Positions 63,343-64,000 of a DNA stretch of 64,000 nt are shown here, in pieces. Source of the DNA: Adineta vaga (lineage: Eukaryota > Animalia > Rotifera); NCBI GenBank assembly GCA_021613535.1, contig CP075492.1, forward strand, positions 3,534,001 to 3,598,000, read 5' to 3'. The translations under genes and the position numbers were made by a program. How positions within the stretch are numbered: the first letter of the stretch is position 1; every line of letters starts with the position of its first letter. The notes under the pieces were generated by a model. The model ran no database searches, had not been told where the DNA came from, and saw nothing but the letters and a program-made list of their open reading frames with translations.

Positions 63343-64000
63343 ATTTTTTCATTCCAACGCGATATTGTACTTATACATTTTTCTTTTTGACTCTATGTAC
63401 ATCTTCTTATTTCTCTTTCTCATCAGTATATTTTTTCGTGTCTTTCTTTTCGTTCAAATATCTATCTATATATGGTATGTGTATATGTTAGGTTCATTTT
63501 GTTAGTCAGATAATAAAAGATCGTGTGAAGAACGTTCGTAAGAATTGATTATTGTTTTGATATGAATAATGGTAACGAATAGTTTTATTCACGATTGAAT
63601 TTGACTCAAGTACCGAAGAAACTTGTAGAAACATTGATTATTAGTCATTCTCATGTCTTTATCTGTTTTTATTCTGAACTACCTTGATCGTTTAAAAAGA
63701 CTATTACACATATTCGCTCTCTCTCTCTCTCTCAGAAAATGTACTTTTGTATTAAAGAAACCATTGTATTACTTGTATGTTCTACTTTCGATGCCAAACA
63801 AAAAGCACAGTAGCATGTTCGATCTGTATCTTCATTGTATTTGAATTAATAAATCTTATTATAAAAAAACAATTGTTAGGCTTCAATTTCAAGCTTAACG
63901 AACATATAAATTACATATGTCAGTAATATATCGTATAGCATAATTGAAATGAAACCTTCACGTCATTCACGAGCAAATATGGTGAATTATTTTCTCCATA

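Noticed and set aside
63716-63733. (CT)n and (TA)n microsatellites (also about 4501-4518)
   Set aside because: Ordinary short simple repeats.

Overview
AT-rich eukaryotic genomic DNA with many short (about 50 nt) GT-AG introns. The gene families (orphan rhodopsin-like GPCRs, LDLa-EGF-7TM receptors, B-box/NHL proteins, kelch proteins, several bacterial/fungal-type enzymes) strongly suggest a bdelloid rotifer; this is an inference, not a database result. The window holds about 20 protein genes: REX4-like exonuclease, prenylated coiled-coil P-loop GTPase, two-domain defensin-like peptide, 2OG-Fe(II) oxygenase, ovothiol synthase OvoA, two giant LDLa/EGF-GPCRs, a trypsin-like protease, a urea transporter-ankyrin fusion, a methyltransferase, a divergent beta-tubulin, a B-box/NHL protein, two vWA paralogues flanking an EEP-family nuclease, and CK1 delta/epsilon. 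It also holds a full-length LINE with a 15-bp target-site duplication, an intron-containing tRNA-Ser(AGA), MITE-like elements and several pseudogenes. Most notable: the UT-ankyrin fusion, the LINE's regulatory architecture (Inr/DPE promoter, TAATG coupling, PAM2-like motif, 3'UTR hairpin array), a knottin precursor split by a CA-repeat slip, the tRNA intron, and an apparent gene-conversion tract between the vWA copies. Exon boundaries were read by eye.
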